Positions 61,961 through 64,000 of a DNA stretch of 64,000 nucleotides are shown in pieces (the stretch's first letter is position 1; each line of letters opens with the position of its first letter). A program made the translations under genes and the position numbers. Below the pieces are notes generated by a model. That model ran no database searches. It was not told the origin of the DNA and was given only the letters and a program-made list of their open reading frames with translations. The DNA is from Malacoraja senta (Eukaryota), in NCBI GenBank assembly GCA_038087875.1, contig CM075992.1:4714001-4778000 (forward strand). The letters are read 5' to 3'.

Positions 61961-63234
61961 AGTGAGCGGGGATCGCTGGTTGGCATGGATTCGGTGGGCC
62001 GAATGGCCTGTTTCCGTGCTGTAACTCTAAATGTATCTGTAACTAAACTAGACTTCTCCCAGATTCTACCACTCATCTGCACAATTGTAACAATTTTCTT
62101 TTGCCAACTAACCCGCATGAGCTCGGAATGTGGGAGGAATCCGGATCACACGGAGGAAACCAATGTGGTCATAGGGAGAACGTGCAAGCTCCACACAGGA
62201 AAACGTTCCCGATGTTGGCGGAGTCCAGAACCAGGGGTCACAGTTGAAGTATAAGGGGTAGGCCATTTAGGACCGAGATGAGGAAAAATATTTTCACCCA
62301 GAGAGTTGTGAATCTGTGGAATTCTCTGCTACAGTGGAGGCCAATTCACTGGATGTTTTCAAGAGAGAGTTAGAATTAGTTCTTGAGGCTAACGGAATCA
62401 AGTGAAATGGGAAAAAGTCAGGAACGGGGATCTGATTTTAGATGATCAGCCATGATCATATTGAATGGCGATGCTGGCTCGAAGGGCCGAATAGCCTGCT
62501 CCTACACCTAATTTTCTATGTTCTATGTATCTGTGTCTCCAACATTTTGTGTCTATCTTCGGTTTAAATCAATATCTACAGTTCCTTCCTACAAAACTCT
62601 CTGTAAAATACTGTTAGTTACTCACTAGAAGTGGATGTTGCTAGGGAGACCAGCATTTATTGCTTGTGCCCTATTGCTGCTGAGCTGAAAAGGTCCTTAA
62701 GAACCAATCTCTTTAGATAGACACAAAAAATTCAGGTCAGACAGCATCTCTGGAGAGAAGGAATAGGTGATGTTTCGGGTTGAGACCCTTCTTCAGACTG
62801 ATAGTCAGGGGAACGGGAAACGAGAGATATGGACAGTGATATAGAGAGATATAGAACAAATGAATGAAAGATATGCAAAAAAGTAATGATGATAAAGGAA
62901 ACAGGCCATTATTAGCTGTGGGCAACGGGACTCAACAAGCCGACTTTGTCGCTAGTACGACTTGGGTGGGTGAGGGACGGAGAGAAATGGGGGATGCAAG
63001 GGTTACTTGAAGTTAGAGAAATTAATATTCACATCGCTGGGTTGTAAGCTGCCCATAGGTGATCTGGAGTCACTTATGGGCCAACCTAGGTAATGAGAGT
63101 TGATTGCCTTCCCTGAAGTTCATTAGTGAACTAAAAGCGTTTCCCTGATCCTGTACTTTTTATACTAATGCAGATGCATTTAATTATTTTAAATTACATT
63201 CCCTAGCAGCTATGTAGAAACAAAGAACTACAGA

Positions 63235-63541
63235 GGGTGGCACAGTGGAGCAGCGGTAGAGTTACTACCTTACAGAGCCAGAGACCCGGGTTCCATCCTG
63301 ACTACGGGTGCTGTCTATAACTAGTTTGTACGTTCTCCCTGTGACCTGCGTGGGTTTTCTCCGAGATCCTCCGTTTCCTCCCACACTCCAAAGACGTATA
63401 GGTTTGTAGGTTAATTGGCTTGGTATAAAATGTAAAATTGTTCCTAGTGTTGTAGGATAGTGTTAATGCGCGAGGATCGCTGGTCAGTGCGGACTCGGTG
63501 GGCCGAAGGGCCTGTTTCCACACTGTATCTTTAAACTAAAT
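63235..63541 (+). mobile_element. HE1-type V-SINE
   Basis: Full-length-like copy with tRNA head and CR1 tail. Confidence 0.85.
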
Positions 63542-64000
63542 TAAGATGCTTGTTAATATGCAATAGGACACAAAGTGCTGGAGCAACTCAGCAGATCAGG
63601 CAACATGTTGTTAAAGAAGGAACTGCAGATGCTGGAAAATCGAAGGTACACAAAAATGCTGGAGAAACTCAGCGGGTGCAGCAGCATCTATGGAGCGAAG
63701 GAAATAGGCAACGTTTCGGGCCGAAACGTTGCCTATTTCCTTCGCTCCATAGATCAGGCAACATCTCTGGAGAGCATGGATTGGTGACGTTTTGGGTCAA
63801 TATTGTTTTTCAAAGGTCCAGACCTGAAACATCACCTACCCACGTCCTCCAGAGATGCTGCCCGACCTGCTGAGATATTCCAGCACTATGTGTCCCAAGC
63901 AGGTATGGAAAGGTTTAAACTGATGTTGCCAAAAGCTCCAGATATTAAATCTATTAACCTCTATGCCATCTACTGTACATACACCACAACTGATAGGCAA

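Overview
This is repeat-rich vertebrate DNA. The HE1-type V-SINEs, CR1/HER1 LINEs and Penelope elements point to an elasmobranch, probably a skate or ray (inference). I assembled four protein-coding genes by hand from splice signals. (1) The first two exons of a secreted Ly6/uPAR three-finger protein lie on the minus strand and run off the left edge. (2) Head-to-head with it is a two-exon, 59-aa anionic beta-defensin-like gene (7530-10156) that the ORF track misses. (3, 4) Two tandem ZP3/ZPC egg-coat genes follow. The second is complete (451 aa). The first has lost its canonical furin site and its transmembrane exon through a local inverted duplication. The two share a near-identical exon 4, which suggests gene conversion. 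From about 23 to 64 kb the sequence is almost all transposons, microsatellites and a 200-N gap. The most striking non-genic signal is a set of ribozyme-bearing retroposons. A family of about 135-155 bp (4 copies) begins, right at its target-site duplication (TSD), with a complete 54-nt HDV/CPEB3-like self-cleaving ribozyme fold. A 305-bp RTE-derived element starts with a related, larger HDV-like fold. Many Penelope-derived repeats carry minimal hammerhead cores. All folds were paired by eye, and no database search or activity assay was run.
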